Source: Nitrospirota bacterium
Lineage (GTDB): Bacteria > Nitrospirota > Thermodesulfovibrionia > Thermodesulfovibrionales > JdFR-88
DNA length: 51,614 nucleotides
NCBI GenBank assembly: GCA_021788025.1
Contig: JAJYLE010000002.1
Coordinates: 1 to 51,614, forward strand
Reading direction: 5' to 3'
This document shows, one piece after another, positions 36,268 to 46,047 of this stretch (position 1 is its first letter; each line of letters opens with the position of its first letter). The position numbers were made by a program, and so were the translations under genes. Below the pieces are notes generated by a model. It was not told where the DNA came from. It ran no database searches and saw nothing but the letters and a program-made list of their open reading frames with translations.

Positions 36268-36297
36268 AATTTAGCTCAACAGGCGATCGCATGTCAA
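36268..36297 (-). promoter_or_regulatory. Sigma70-like promoter for the M23-bactofilin operon
   Basis: On the minus strand: TTGACA (36297-36292), an 18-nt spacer, then TAAATT (36273-36268). Confidence 0.4.
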
Positions 36298-36438
36298 CCA
36301 TTTTTTCAACTAAATCCTTTTTAATCAGCCGGTTTCGCAGCACCATCTGGTGAGATAGCTTCCACCTTTCGGAAGGTTTTTTCCGTGACGGGAGACACAA
36401 ATGCACTTTTTATGGGAAATGGTTTGGGAACGGAAGGG

Positions 36439-37494
36439 TTATTTATACTTGACTGTGCCGCGGCCTTTCACGGTCTGTCCGATAACGAATGCCGGGTAAC
36501 CGGCCCTTGCCAGCAATGAGACCGTTCTGCCCGCATCGCCGGGCGCAACCGCCATTGCGAAGCCTATACCCATATTGAAGGTTTTTCTCATTTCGCCCAG
36601 CGGCACGCCTCCGGCCTCTTCTATAAGCCTGAATACCGGCGGTACATCCCACGCGCCAGCATCCACAAGCGCGTCAATATTTTTCGGGAGCATGCGGTTA
36701 AGATTGCCGGGCATGCCGCCTCCGGTTATGTGCGCCATCCCTTTTATCTTCACCTTGCCCAATACTGCCTTGAACGCCTTTACATATATCCTGGTTGGGG
36801 TTAGCAGCACTTCCGCCAGGGTTTTATTTCCAGCAGCCCTTATCTTCCTGCGCAGTTTCATGCGCACAGGGGACTTGTCCCCCTCCAGCAGGACTTTCCT
36901 TGCCAGCGAGTAACCGTTTGAGTGCAAGCCGGAAGATGCCAGCCCGATTATCGCATCACCGGGTTTGATGCCGCTTCCGTCTATAATCCTGCCGCGCTCC
37001 ACGGCGCCCACGGCAAACCCGGCCAGGTCGTACTCATCATTCTGATAGAAGCCCGGCATCTCGGCGGTCTCGCCGCCTATAAGCGTGCAGCCCGCTTCAT
37101 TGCACCCGGCCGCTATCCCCTCTATCACCTCCATGGCCTTTTCCGCCTTGAGCCTGCCGGTTGCGAAATAATCCAGGAAGAAGAGCGGCTCCGCCCCGGA
37201 GGTGAGTATGTCGTTTACGCACATGGCTACAAGGTCTATTCCAACCGTGTCATGCCTGCCGGCCAGGAAAGCAACTTTAAGCTTGGTGCCTACGCCATCA
37301 GTGCCGGATACCAGAACGGGGTCCTTGTATTTTTTTGTGTCCAGCCTGAAGAGCGCGCCAAACGGGCCTATGCCCGTAAGCACCTCCTTGCGCATCGTTT
37401 TTTTGGCGATTGGCGCAATCAGCCTTACAAACCTGTCGCCCTCGGCTATGTCCACGCCGGCTTTCTTATAAGTTATTTTTTCTTTTCTTGCCAT
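36439..37494 (-). CDS. purM: Phosphoribosylformylglycinamidine cyclo-ligase (AIR synthetase)
   Basis: YKKAGVDI..G...V...GGF..LF.......PVLVSGTDGVGTKL, DLVAMCVNDI and GLASSG.HSNGYSL. Confidence 0.93.
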   Translation of the reverse strand: MARKEKITYKKAGVDIAEGDRFVRLIAPIAKKTMRKEVLTGIGPFGALFRLDTKKYKDPVLVSGTDGVGTKLKVAFLAGRHDTVGIDLVAMCVNDILTSGAEPLFFLDYFATGRLKAEKAMEVIEGIAAGCNEAGCTLIGGETAEMPGFYQNDEYDLAGFAVGAVERGRIIDGSGIKPGDAIIGLASSGLHSNGYSLARKVLLEGDKSPVRMKLRRKIRAAGNKTLAEVLLTPTRIYVKAFKAVLGKVKIKGMAHITGGGMPGNLNRMLPKNIDALVDAGAWDVPPVFRLIEEAGGVPLGEMRKTFNMGIGFAMAVAPGDAGRTVSLLARAGYPAFVIGQTVKGRGTVKYK

Positions 37495-37514
37495 CGCAGG
37501 GTTTATATTTTGCC

Positions 37515-40157
37515 TTAAACGGGAAAATTTTTCATGACGAACCGTTCTTCATCCTTACGTGTCTTTATCCTGCCTCTCAAACGCTCCTTTAAAAGCGCGG
37601 CTAATATGGTTGAATAAACCGGCCCCGGGGCAATGCCCATAGCCTGCAAGTCATGTCCGTTCATTACCGGTTTTTCACGTGAAAGTTCAAGTATGAACCT
37701 TGTGACATCCTTCTTCCTGCGCTCGTCCGGGGCAACGGCCAATGTAAGCAGCAGCCCTTCCAGTGACAACCCATGCAGAGCATCATAAAGCCCCGCGGGG
37801 TCCTGGAATTCTTTCCCGGCCATCCTGGCCAGCGCGGCCTCTGCCCCGGTGATGTCCTTCAGCATCTCATCTTTTATTCGTGGAGACACCGCAAGCCGCG
37901 CAAGGGCGTGGGCGATATCTGCTGGCGGCAGCCCGCACAAGATTGCCATAAGGAACAGGAGCTTCCGGTCCGGCTTCTCGCCTTCGATATTGGAAAGGCC
38001 AAACCAAAGCAGGCTCTCCTTTACCGCGGCAACCGCGTCAAGCGCCTTTGAAGGCTCTATTGCTGGGTGGATAACGCCAAGCAGGCCGTAGCCGCCAAGC
38101 CGGGATACAGACTCGTAAGGATCGGTCTCTTCCAGCATAAGGCAAAGCTCCTCATACATCCGGGTTCCGGACAGCCTGTCGAACAGGCCCAGCCTCACCG
38201 CGGATTTAAGCAGGGCCTCTGTGTGCCTGGAAAGCTTGAACCCGAACCTCACGGCAAAGCGCACGGCCCGGAACGCGCGTGTGGGGTCCTCCACAAAGCT
38301 TAAATCATGCAGCACCCTTATTGTTTTTTCGCGCAGGTCCCGCCTGCCGCCGAAGAAGTCTATCAGGGCGCCGAACTCCGGACTGTTCAGCCTCACAGCC
38401 AACGTATTTATGGTAAAGTCCCGCCGTTGCAGGTCCTTTTTTATCGAGGACATCTCCACCGTCGGAAGAGCGGCAGGCATTTCGTAATATTCAGTGCGGG
38501 CCGTTGCCAGATCCACGCTTAGCCTGTCCAGCAATATCCTGGCCGTGCCGAACCGCTCATGTGTTTTAAGCTTGCCGCTAAGCCTGCCGGCCAGCTTTCT
38601 GGCAAATTCGATTGCGTCCCCCTCCACCACTATGTCTATATCCAGGTTCTCCTTGCTTCTCAGCAAGTCCCTTACAGAGCCGCCGACCATGTAAACGCCC
38701 ACCCCGGCTTCATCACCGGCCGCGCCCGCAAGCTTAAGGAATTGTTTTACGTTTTCAGGGAAATGTGATTCTATGGAGCGTGCCAGGTTTCTTTCGTGCC
38801 GGAGTCGTTCTGCGCTTTCCGCCGGGGTTGGCATTTCCTCCGGGGGTATCTGGCTTCTTTTCAAATAATCCTCATACAGCACGCGCATTATGTCCGTGCG
38901 CGTGATGGCCCCTGCGATGCCGCCCTTTTCGTCCAGCACAGGCATGAACCTCTGGTTCCTCTCTATCATCATGGATTCCACTTCCGTTATCGGCGTCTCC
39001 GGAGTTGAAGTAACGGCATCGGTAGAGGCGAACTCGGTTACCTTGCTCTTTGCAAAGCCGTGGAAGATGGCCCTCTCCACAGCCTCCCTGGATATCAGGC
39101 CGGCATACACTCCGTTTTTTACAACCGGCAGCACGTTTACCCCATAGCGCGTCATCATCTTGCCCGCCGCGGATATGCTTGCATCGGCGCTCGTGGTTAT
39201 AACGGGCCTTGTCATAACTTCCGATGCCGTTGTAACAGATTTAGCGGCCCGGCGGATAGTCTCTTTTATCTGCCCGGCAAGCTCTTCCAGCGGGACCTCC
39301 TGGAACGTGGCGCTGGCCGCGGCCCAATGCCCTCCTCCGCCGAATTTTTCAAGCACCCTGGCAATGTCTATCTCTGGCACGCGGCTCCTGCCAACTATGA
39401 GGGACTTGCCATCCATGGAGAGCATCATCAATAGCGCATCTATTTTCTCCGAGTCCATAATGGTGTGGGCAAGCAGGGCCGCGTCCCCGGCATAACCGCT
39501 TGCGTCCGCCATGGCAATTTTCACCCTGAACCCGTTTATAACAAGGTCCTCGGAGTTATCAAGCAGCTCGCTCATCAGTGCCAGTTCCTGTCTGCCAAGC
39601 TCGTTCTTCAGATAATGCGATGCCGCCTTCAGGCTGGCCCCGCACTTTAGAAGCCAAGCCACGGCAAGTACGTCCCGTTCGGTTGTGGAAGGGAAAAGCA
39701 GATTGCCGGTCTCCTCGTAAATACCAAGGCACATAAGCGTTGCCAGGGCCGGGTCCGGCTTCAGCTCTTTTGCCCTGAGCTTTTCGGCAAATATTGTTAC
39801 ACAAGCGCCAACTGGTTCTATAATCTCAAGCTGCCCGTGGATGTCCTCCGGGCCGTGGGGGTGATGGTCATACACGTGCACTTCCATTGCCGGCGCGGAG
39901 AGCAGGTTTGAAAGCATGCCCATACGGCCAGGAGATTTGGCATCCACTATTATCAGTCTTTTAATCTCACCGGAGTGCTTTTCGATTTCCCTTAGCTTCT
40001 TTACATCGGGCAGGGCATATGATTCCAGGAATTCCCTTACCCGCCTCTCCTGCGAGCCGGGGAACACAAGTAATGCCTGGGGGTACAGCCTTTTTGCAGC
40101 CGCCATCGAGGCAAGCGAATCGAAATCTGCGTTCAGATGGCAGGTGATAATTTCCAT
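37515..40157 (-). CDS. DHH/DHHA1 phosphoesterase - tandem CBS - class II nucleotidyltransferase (poly(A) polymerase/CCA-adding family) fusion protein
   Basis: N-terminal HLNADFDSLAS, DHH at VYDHHPH, GGGH (DHHA1), two CBS units, then GGSVRDLL..DIDIVVEG and RRDFTINTLA. Confidence 0.82.
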   Translation of the reverse strand: MEIITCHLNADFDSLASMAAAKRLYPQALLVFPGSQERRVREFLESYALPDVKKLREIEKHSGEIKRLIIVDAKSPGRMGMLSNLLSAPAMEVHVYDHHPHGPEDIHGQLEIIEPVGACVTIFAEKLRAKELKPDPALATLMCLGIYEETGNLLFPSTTERDVLAVAWLLKCGASLKAASHYLKNELGRQELALMSELLDNSEDLVINGFRVKIAMADASGYAGDAALLAHTIMDSEKIDALLMMLSMDGKSLIVGRSRVPEIDIARVLEKFGGGGHWAAASATFQEVPLEELAGQIKETIRRAAKSVTTASEVMTRPVITTSADASISAAGKMMTRYGVNVLPVVKNGVYAGLISREAVERAIFHGFAKSKVTEFASTDAVTSTPETPITEVESMMIERNQRFMPVLDEKGGIAGAITRTDIMRVLYEDYLKRSQIPPEEMPTPAESAERLRHERNLARSIESHFPENVKQFLKLAGAAGDEAGVGVYMVGGSVRDLLRSKENLDIDIVVEGDAIEFARKLAGRLSGKLKTHERFGTARILLDRLSVDLATARTEYYEMPAALPTVEMSSIKKDLQRRDFTINTLAVRLNSPEFGALIDFFGGRRDLREKTIRVLHDLSFVEDPTRAFRAVRFAVRFGFKLSRHTEALLKSAVRLGLFDRLSGTRMYEELCLMLEETDPYESVSRLGGYGLLGVIHPAIEPSKALDAVAAVKESLLWFGLSNIEGEKPDRKLLFLMAILCGLPPADIAHALARLAVSPRIKDEMLKDITGAEAALARMAGKEFQDPAGLYDALHGLSLEGLLLTLAVAPDERRKKDVTRFILELSREKPVMNGHDLQAMGIAPGPVYSTILAALLKERLRGRIKTRKDEERFVMKNFPV

Positions 40158-40270
40158 CCTAGAATTAAATCAGATGCGCGCCGTTTAATCAATGCAGGAA
40201 TCAATGAGGGGGCTTTTTGCAACATGGCGACGCAAGCAAATGCGCCGCAATCACGGTTAAAAAAATTTTA

Positions 40271-41317
40271 TCAGCTTACCTTCAATTCAATAAGGTAATC
40301 ATTGGGAGAATTCTTGTTATCAAGGCTATCCAATAAAACAGTATTGAAAAAGTTGTCTATTCTTTCCAATTCCATCTTCCGCTTTAAAAAGTTGAATACC
40401 GACCGGCTCGCATAATGTCGCATGAAAACCAGCGCCAATGCGGCCGCCCTGGAGCCGTTTGGCATTTCCCGGTAGCCGTAATTCCGGCTTTCCGCAAACT
40501 TTCTAAGCTCACTGAGATCGGGCAGCGTGCATTCCAGATGCTCTTTGGCCCAGTCCGCTCCGGTAATCTCCACCAGCAGTTTCAACCGCTCCAAATCCTG
40601 CTGCATGGGATCTGCAACCGGGTTCAAAAGAAGGACATACTTTTTTGCCTTTGAGCAAAGACTGTCCAGAAAAGCAGTCCGGCACTCTGGCGGAACATGC
40701 TCCAGCACATGGCAGGACACAACCGCATCGAAAAATTTCCCGGCAAACGGGAGTTTTTCTCCGGAAATGCCGTTTACAGATGGCTCTGCAAGCACATATC
40801 TGGATTCCGGCAGGAAGAGAGAGAGTGCCCCATTTCCGCCGCCAACATCAAGCACCGAAAAGCCGGGGCCTTCAAACAAACCGGACAAATGCTGCGCAAG
40901 GGCGCGCATCCTTGAATAGGTTGTAGCAGGCAGGAAGGTAAGCGGTTTTGATCCCGCCGTTTTTGCCTCGCCTGTTATTTTTTGGGCCTCTGAAGCAAAT
41001 TCACTTTGCCCCTCATCCAATACCTGCCTGCATTTTGACATAGCAAGCTCAACCTGGCCCGAACCAATGTAAGCCCTGGCAAGCGAAAGGCGCACCCGCC
41101 CGCTGTTGTTTCCAAGCGATTCGCTGGTGCGATATTCGGCAATCGCCTCAAACCACTTGCCTAAAGCCGAATACCCCTGCCCAAGTTCTTCATGCCAGAG
41201 CGGATCAAGTATGGAGGCAGCCGGTCTGTTTTTGATCTTGTTTCTGAGCAAGCGGCCATGTAACGAAAGCGTGTATCTCGCTTTAATATCGCGAGCAAGG
41301 GCAATGAAATTTCTCAT
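40271..41317 (-). CDS. Class I SAM-dependent methyltransferase with N-terminal TPR-like region
   Basis: VLDVGGGNGALSLFL (motif I) and FDAVVSCHVLEHV. The N-terminal helical repeats resemble TPR. Confidence 0.65.
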   Translation of the reverse strand: MRNFIALARDIKARYTLSLHGRLLRNKIKNRPAASILDPLWHEELGQGYSALGKWFEAIAEYRTSESLGNNSGRVRLSLARAYIGSGQVELAMSKCRQVLDEGQSEFASEAQKITGEAKTAGSKPLTFLPATTYSRMRALAQHLSGLFEGPGFSVLDVGGGNGALSLFLPESRYVLAEPSVNGISGEKLPFAGKFFDAVVSCHVLEHVPPECRTAFLDSLCSKAKKYVLLLNPVADPMQQDLERLKLLVEITGADWAKEHLECTLPDLSELRKFAESRNYGYREMPNGSRAAALALVFMRHYASRSVFNFLKRKMELERIDNFFNTVLLDSLDNKNSPNDYLIELKVS

Positions 41318-41400
41318 GTGGCTTTTTGATTATAGGTACAGGTATATCTTAAGTCAACGGAAGCCGGACAAAAAACAGCCGGGCCGGACGTGGTTTTTTT

Positions 41401-42669
41401 TTAATTGCCAGCCATCAAACCGGGGTAGTTTTTCTCTCTCAGCGTAAAAACATCCAGCTTTCCGGAAGTGTAATCTGCCACCCATGCCTCCAGCCTGTTG
41501 CTTCGCTGGTAAACGCTTACCCCAACGGGATGGGCCATGGAAACCCAGCTGCCAAGCAAACTCAGATTGTCCGCGGAAAAGGCCTGCACCCGGTCTCCGC
41601 GGTAGCAGGTAACAAAAACAATCCTGCCGTCACCGGACATGGCTATGGTCCTTGGATAATCGCCTGTGCGGACTTTTTTGACCACCCTGCCCTTCCTTAA
41701 ATCCACCTTCACCAGTTCCGATGTCTTGTTTAAAGAAACGTACATGAACCTGCCATCCATCACTATATGCCTCGGATTTACGCCAACACCGATAGCACGC
41801 ATTTTTTTCATTTGAGGTATATTCACAACCTGCACGGCGCTGCCGCCCATCTGCGCCACATACAGATAACGCGAATCGGGCGAAACCGCCAGCCCCCTTG
41901 GGATAACAAGCCCCTTTAAATCCTTCACCTTAACCCAATTTCCGGGCCTGGGGGAAGCAATGCTTATCTCGCTTACAGTACCCGACTGCCAGTTTGCTAC
42001 AAACAAATATTTTCCATCCGCGGTGGATGTTATTACCTTGGGAATACTCCCGGTCTTTATAAAAAGCAGCCTGACCTTTCTTTTTTCAAATTTTGCCGTG
42101 GCTGCATTTGCGGCACCGTCAGACGGGGTGCCGGCCATTCCGGCATCAGGCATGTTTGCAATGTCTTTGCTGGCGCCCGTGCGGACGGGCAGCCGTTGGT
42201 AAACCCATGCCTCCTTGTAAGGCCTGCCTTGTACATATGTGTCCCCGCCCCGCAGGTCCCATACTACAACGCCCCCGGCGTTATGAAGCGATATCCACAG
42301 GTAGCGTCCCCCTTTTGTAAGGCGGGCCTCAACCGGCTTCTCCTGATATGAATCTTCTATCCATTTATGCCTGGCATAATCGTAGCCCCTGCCCTTGTGC
42401 GGAACAAATACCAGTTTTCTCTGCAGCTCTCTCGTTTTTCTGTTGAAATCAAATACGCTCATGCCCTCCAGGTTCATCGAATATACATTCGAGGAATCAG
42501 CATCCATAACGACGGACTTCACTCCGTAGGCAACTGGCAAAATCTCTTTCTTAATCAGGGTAAGTTCCGGATGGTTTACACTCACTGGCCCCTGTGCGCG
42601 TGCAAATCCGCATAAAAGAAGGACGACAGGCAAAACAGCCAAAAGAGCGGTTAAAAGAGGCTTTCTCAT
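41401..42669 (-). CDS. Secreted YVTN/YncE-like beta-propeller repeat protein
   Basis: Signal peptide LLAVLPVVLLLCGFARAQG. Recurring blades include KYLFVANWQSGTVSEISI, RYLYVAQMGGSAVQVVNI, RFMYVSLNKTSELVKVDL and RIVFVTCYRGDRVQAF. Confidence 0.6.
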   Translation of the reverse strand: MRKPLLTALLAVLPVVLLLCGFARAQGPVSVNHPELTLIKKEILPVAYGVKSVVMDADSSNVYSMNLEGMSVFDFNRKTRELQRKLVFVPHKGRGYDYARHKWIEDSYQEKPVEARLTKGGRYLWISLHNAGGVVVWDLRGGDTYVQGRPYKEAWVYQRLPVRTGASKDIANMPDAGMAGTPSDGAANAATAKFEKRKVRLLFIKTGSIPKVITSTADGKYLFVANWQSGTVSEISIASPRPGNWVKVKDLKGLVIPRGLAVSPDSRYLYVAQMGGSAVQVVNIPQMKKMRAIGVGVNPRHIVMDGRFMYVSLNKTSELVKVDLRKGRVVKKVRTGDYPRTIAMSGDGRIVFVTCYRGDRVQAFSADNLSLLGSWVSMAHPVGVSVYQRSNRLEAWVADYTSGKLDVFTLREKNYPGLMAGN

Positions 42670-42744
42670 GATTTGTACAATTGCAGGTAGTTTAAGAGCA
42701 GGTTGCGGGGGTTGTCAAGGAAATCAATCAATTATGCCGTTTTT

Positions 42745-43470
42745 TCACTTCATCAGCTCAAGGTGCCCTTTCATTTTTCCCCTCCTCTTCCTGATAATCA
42801 TTGGAAGCAAAATTGCCAGCGCTATAAGTACGTAAGCGGCTATTACCCTTGGGCTGTATAAATCACTTGCGGACTTGATAGTGCCAAGCTGTCTTCCGGC
42901 ATATGTAAAAGCCACGGAGCCAGGCAGCATGCCCAATGAGGTTGTCCAGATTATCGTCCTCAGGCGTATCTTTGTGAGCCCAGCCAGATAATTCACCATG
43001 AAAAACGGCAGTATCGGGGATATCCTCAGGAATATTAGATAGATATGGCCGTTTTTTGCCAACTCCCTGTTGAACCTTGCCAGTTTATCGCCGTATTTCT
43101 CCTGAATTTTTTTGCCAGCCACATACTTTGCAAGAAGAAAAGCAAGGCTGGCCCCCGCCACGGACGAAATATTTATAAGCGCCACCGCCGGGATTACGCC
43201 AAATACAAACCCGCCGATAAGCGTAAGCGGCATAGCAGCCGGAAGGAAAAATGCGCTCATGAACATAAGGGCCATATAAATCAGCGACGCCAGCAGAAAG
43301 TGCCTTTTGGCAAAATGCAGGAAAACCCGCCTGTTTATCCGGACATCGCCGATGCTCACATTTTTAAACAAACCAATGTAGGCAATACCGAATTTTATTA
43401 ACAGTGCGGCGGCTATCACTACCACAACAGCGGCCAGGCGCCGCCTTTTGGATCTTTTTCTTCCAGTCAT
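42745..43470 (-). CDS. TVP38/TMEM64 (DedA-related, SNARE-associated) membrane protein
   Basis: Five to six TM helices and LRISPILPFFMVNYLAGLTKIRLRT...GMLPGSVAFTYAG. Confidence 0.78.
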   Translation of the reverse strand: MTGRKRSKRRRLAAVVVVIAAALLIKFGIAYIGLFKNVSIGDVRINRRVFLHFAKRHFLLASLIYMALMFMSAFFLPAAMPLTLIGGFVFGVIPAVALINISSVAGASLAFLLAKYVAGKKIQEKYGDKLARFNRELAKNGHIYLIFLRISPILPFFMVNYLAGLTKIRLRTIIWTTSLGMLPGSVAFTYAGRQLGTIKSASDLYSPRVIAAYVLIALAILLPMIIRKRRGKMKGHLELMK

Positions 43471-43526
43471 AGCCGATTTTAGCGCGTCTGCGGGCCGGTT
43501 GCCAGGAGCTGTTTACGATTCAGGTA

Positions 43527-43555
43527 TTGAGGACTGCGGGAAGGCATCATATAAT
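43527..43555 (+). promoter_or_regulatory. Sigma70-like promoter for the EEP-PLD operon
   Basis: TTGAGG (43527-32), a 17-nt spacer, then TATAAT (43550-55), in the divergent spacer shared with the TVP38 gene. Confidence 0.45.
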
Positions 43556-43611
43556 TTCAGGAGAGCACCATGTAAATCTTTTGAAGAATCAAAAGACGCA
43601 ACCGGTATTCC

Positions 43612-44370
43612 ATGGCACCCGGCGGGAAATTCAGGATAATGACATATAACGTCCACGGATGTATCGGGCGTGACGGACAGGCCTCCCCGTACAGGATTGC
43701 GGAGGTTATCGCTTCTTTCTCTCCCGATATCGCCGCCCTGCAGGAACTGGACGTAAACAGGATCAGGACCGGCGTGGTGGACCAGCCGCGGGTTATTGCC
43801 GGGGATTTGAATATGTACTTCCACTTCAACCCCTCATTCGGGCTTGAAGAAGAGCAGTACGGAAACGCCATGCTCAGCAGGTATCCGGTAAAACTGATTA
43901 AGGCTGGCGCTCTTCCCTCTTTGCCCAACAGGTCCGGCCTGGAGACAAGAAGCGTGTTGTGGGTGTCTGTTGAGATAAACGGAATGGAGGTGCAGATCAT
44001 GAACACGCACCTTGGCCTCAATCGCACCGAAAGGCTTGCCCAGATGGAAGCCATAACCGGGCCGGAATGGATAAAGGCGCCAGGGTTCAGACCGCCGTTT
44101 ATTCTTTGTGGGGACCTTAACTGTGGGCCTGGCTCGCGCGTGTACAAAACCCTGACCGCTCTTTTAAGGGATGTGCAATGCCCTTTGCATGGAAGGCCGC
44201 GCAAAACATGGCCAAGCATGCTGCCGCTGACCAGGCTGGACCATATATTTGCAAGCGGTGATTTGAACGTGTTGGACTGCCAGGTGCCGCACGGAAAACT
44301 GCTCAGGTACGCTTCGGACCATCTGCCGCTGATTGCAGAGCTGGGCATCACAAGCAAGGGGTGGGCATGA
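43612..44370 (+). CDS. Endonuclease/exonuclease/phosphatase (EEP) family protein
   Basis: IMTYNVHG, IAALQE, NTHL, and SDHLPLIAEL at the C-terminus. An alternative start is ATG 43639. Confidence 0.8.
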   Translation: MAPGGKFRIMTYNVHGCIGRDGQASPYRIAEVIASFSPDIAALQELDVNRIRTGVVDQPRVIAGDLNMYFHFNPSFGLEEEQYGNAMLSRYPVKLIKAGALPSLPNRSGLETRSVLWVSVEINGMEVQIMNTHLGLNRTERLAQMEAITGPEWIKAPGFRPPFILCGDLNCGPGSRVYKTLTALLRDVQCPLHGRPRKTWPSMLPLTRLDHIFASGDLNVLDCQVPHGKLLRYASDHLPLIAELGITSKGWA

Positions 44371-45962
44371 TCTCCGCGGCCAGGGCGGACATATTGAAAT
44401 CCGGCCAGAACTGCTGGCAGATAAAGCCTGTCACGGGGTCGGGCGTTCTGATAGACGGGCGGGACTATTACAGGGCTTTTTACAGGGCTGCGGCAAACGC
44501 CAGAAGATACATCCTGATGTCCGGGTGGCAGTTCGACAGCAAGGTAATGCTTCTGCGCGGGCGCGATTTGAGAGAGTCGATTGGCGAAACACGCCTTCTG
44601 CCATTTTTAAAAAGCCTGTGCGGCAGAAACCCTGAACTCCGCATATATATGCTTGCCTGGGATTTCAGCTGGCTTTTTGCGCTTGAACGCGAGTGGTTCC
44701 AGAAATGGATATTCGACTGGTCCTCCAGCCCCGGCATGAAGTTCCGTTTCGACAGCAGCCACCCGGTGTGGGCCAGTTATCACCAGAAATTTGTAGTGAT
44801 AGACGGCCACACTGCGTTCATAGGCGGTATGGACATATGCTCATCCCGCTGGGATGACCGCCGCCACAAAGCAGACAACCCGCAACGCACCGGCCCGGAC
44901 AGCGGCCCGTACGGCCCTTATCATGACGTGCAGGCGTTTGTGCGGGGGGAAGCGGTTGACGTTTTAACCGGGCTGTTCCAGTACAGATGGATTGAAACCG
45001 GCGGGGACCCCATCGAGCTTCCCCCGCTTCCCACACGGCATGAAGATTCTATCCTTTATGCCATTCCAGGCCTCTCGCTACCCATCAAAAATGTGGCGTT
45101 CAGCCGCACCCAGGGGAGGCTTTCGGCATCTTCGCCGGCGGTGCTGGAAATACAAAGGCAATACGTAGATGCTATTATGGCGGCCAGGGAAACAATATAC
45201 CTGGAAAACCAGTATTTCACTTCGGAGATTGTGACCCAGGCGCTTGCAGACCGCATGGGGCAAGGCGGGCCGCCGCTTGATATAATCATGGTCCTTCCGA
45301 AAGGGCCGGAGGACTTGCTGGAGCAGGCCGTTCTGGGTACCGCACAAGCCAGGCTGGTAGGGCGGTTACGGAGCATCGCCCGCCTCACAGGCCATTCCAT
45401 CGGCATTTATTATCCGATGTCCAAAATTTACGGACCGGACGGGATACAAAAACCGGTTTATATTCATTCAAAGCTGCTGATAATTGACGACCGATTCCTG
45501 ATGGTGGGTTCGGCCAACACCACGAACAGGAGCCTTGGGGTTGACACGGAACTGAACGTGTCCTGGGAGGCACCGGCGGGCGACCGGGAAGCGTATTCCG
45601 CAATCAGAAGGTTAAGGACGGGCCTGATAGGCGAACATGCAGGGCTCCGCTCCTGCGCAGGGCGAAGAGAACTTTTGCACAACAAAAAAACGGTAGAGGT
45701 TCTGGACCAGCTGGCGTCTGCGCCATCCGGCCCGCTTATGCACGTCCCTGAAAACAATGTGCCGCTGGAAAGCAAAATAGGCCATGCCATTTCACTTGAA
45801 AACTTTTTTGACCCTTCAAAGGCAGGACTGGAAGAGGCCTTTTACGAGGCAATATCCACGCTTGCAAACGGCTCTTTTACAAAAGGCATAACACGCCTTT
45901 GGCGTGTTATATCCGGCGTGGAAAAGGACCAGCCTGTCCCCAAAAAAACCTTTTTGCCTTGA
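44367..45962 (+). CDS. Phospholipase D-family protein (two HKD motifs, cardiolipin-synthase-like)
   Basis: HQKFVVIDG...GGMDI and HSKLLIIDDRFLMVGSANTTNRS. ATG 44367 overlaps the EEP stop (ATGA). The track ORF opens at GTG 44361. Confidence 0.85.
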   Translation: MISAARADILKSGQNCWQIKPVTGSGVLIDGRDYYRAFYRAAANARRYILMSGWQFDSKVMLLRGRDLRESIGETRLLPFLKSLCGRNPELRIYMLAWDFSWLFALEREWFQKWIFDWSSSPGMKFRFDSSHPVWASYHQKFVVIDGHTAFIGGMDICSSRWDDRRHKADNPQRTGPDSGPYGPYHDVQAFVRGEAVDVLTGLFQYRWIETGGDPIELPPLPTRHEDSILYAIPGLSLPIKNVAFSRTQGRLSASSPAVLEIQRQYVDAIMAARETIYLENQYFTSEIVTQALADRMGQGGPPLDIIMVLPKGPEDLLEQAVLGTAQARLVGRLRSIARLTGHSIGIYYPMSKIYGPDGIQKPVYIHSKLLIIDDRFLMVGSANTTNRSLGVDTELNVSWEAPAGDREAYSAIRRLRTGLIGEHAGLRSCAGRRELLHNKKTVEVLDQLASAPSGPLMHVPENNVPLESKIGHAISLENFFDPSKAGLEEAFYEAISTLANGSFTKGITRLWRVISGVEKDQPVPKKTFLP

Positions 45963-45987
45963 CAATGTTTTGAACGATTGATATAAA
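45959..45987 (+). promoter_or_regulatory. Sigma70-like promoter for the sugar-nucleotide cluster
   Basis: TTGACA (45959-64, overlapping the PLD stop), a 17-nt spacer, then TATAAA (45982-87). Confidence 0.5.
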
Positions 45988-46047
45988 GGAATTAACCATC
46001 GGTTGTGTTTCACTTTCCAAAAATCCTTGCCGAGACAGGAAAAAACC

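Noticed and set aside
36340-36390. Hairpin CTTCC-acctttc-GGAAG followed by a T-run on the plus strand.
   Set aside because: The stem is only 5 bp, and no plus-strand gene upstream needs a terminator. On the minus strand, where it would serve purM, it has no T-tail.
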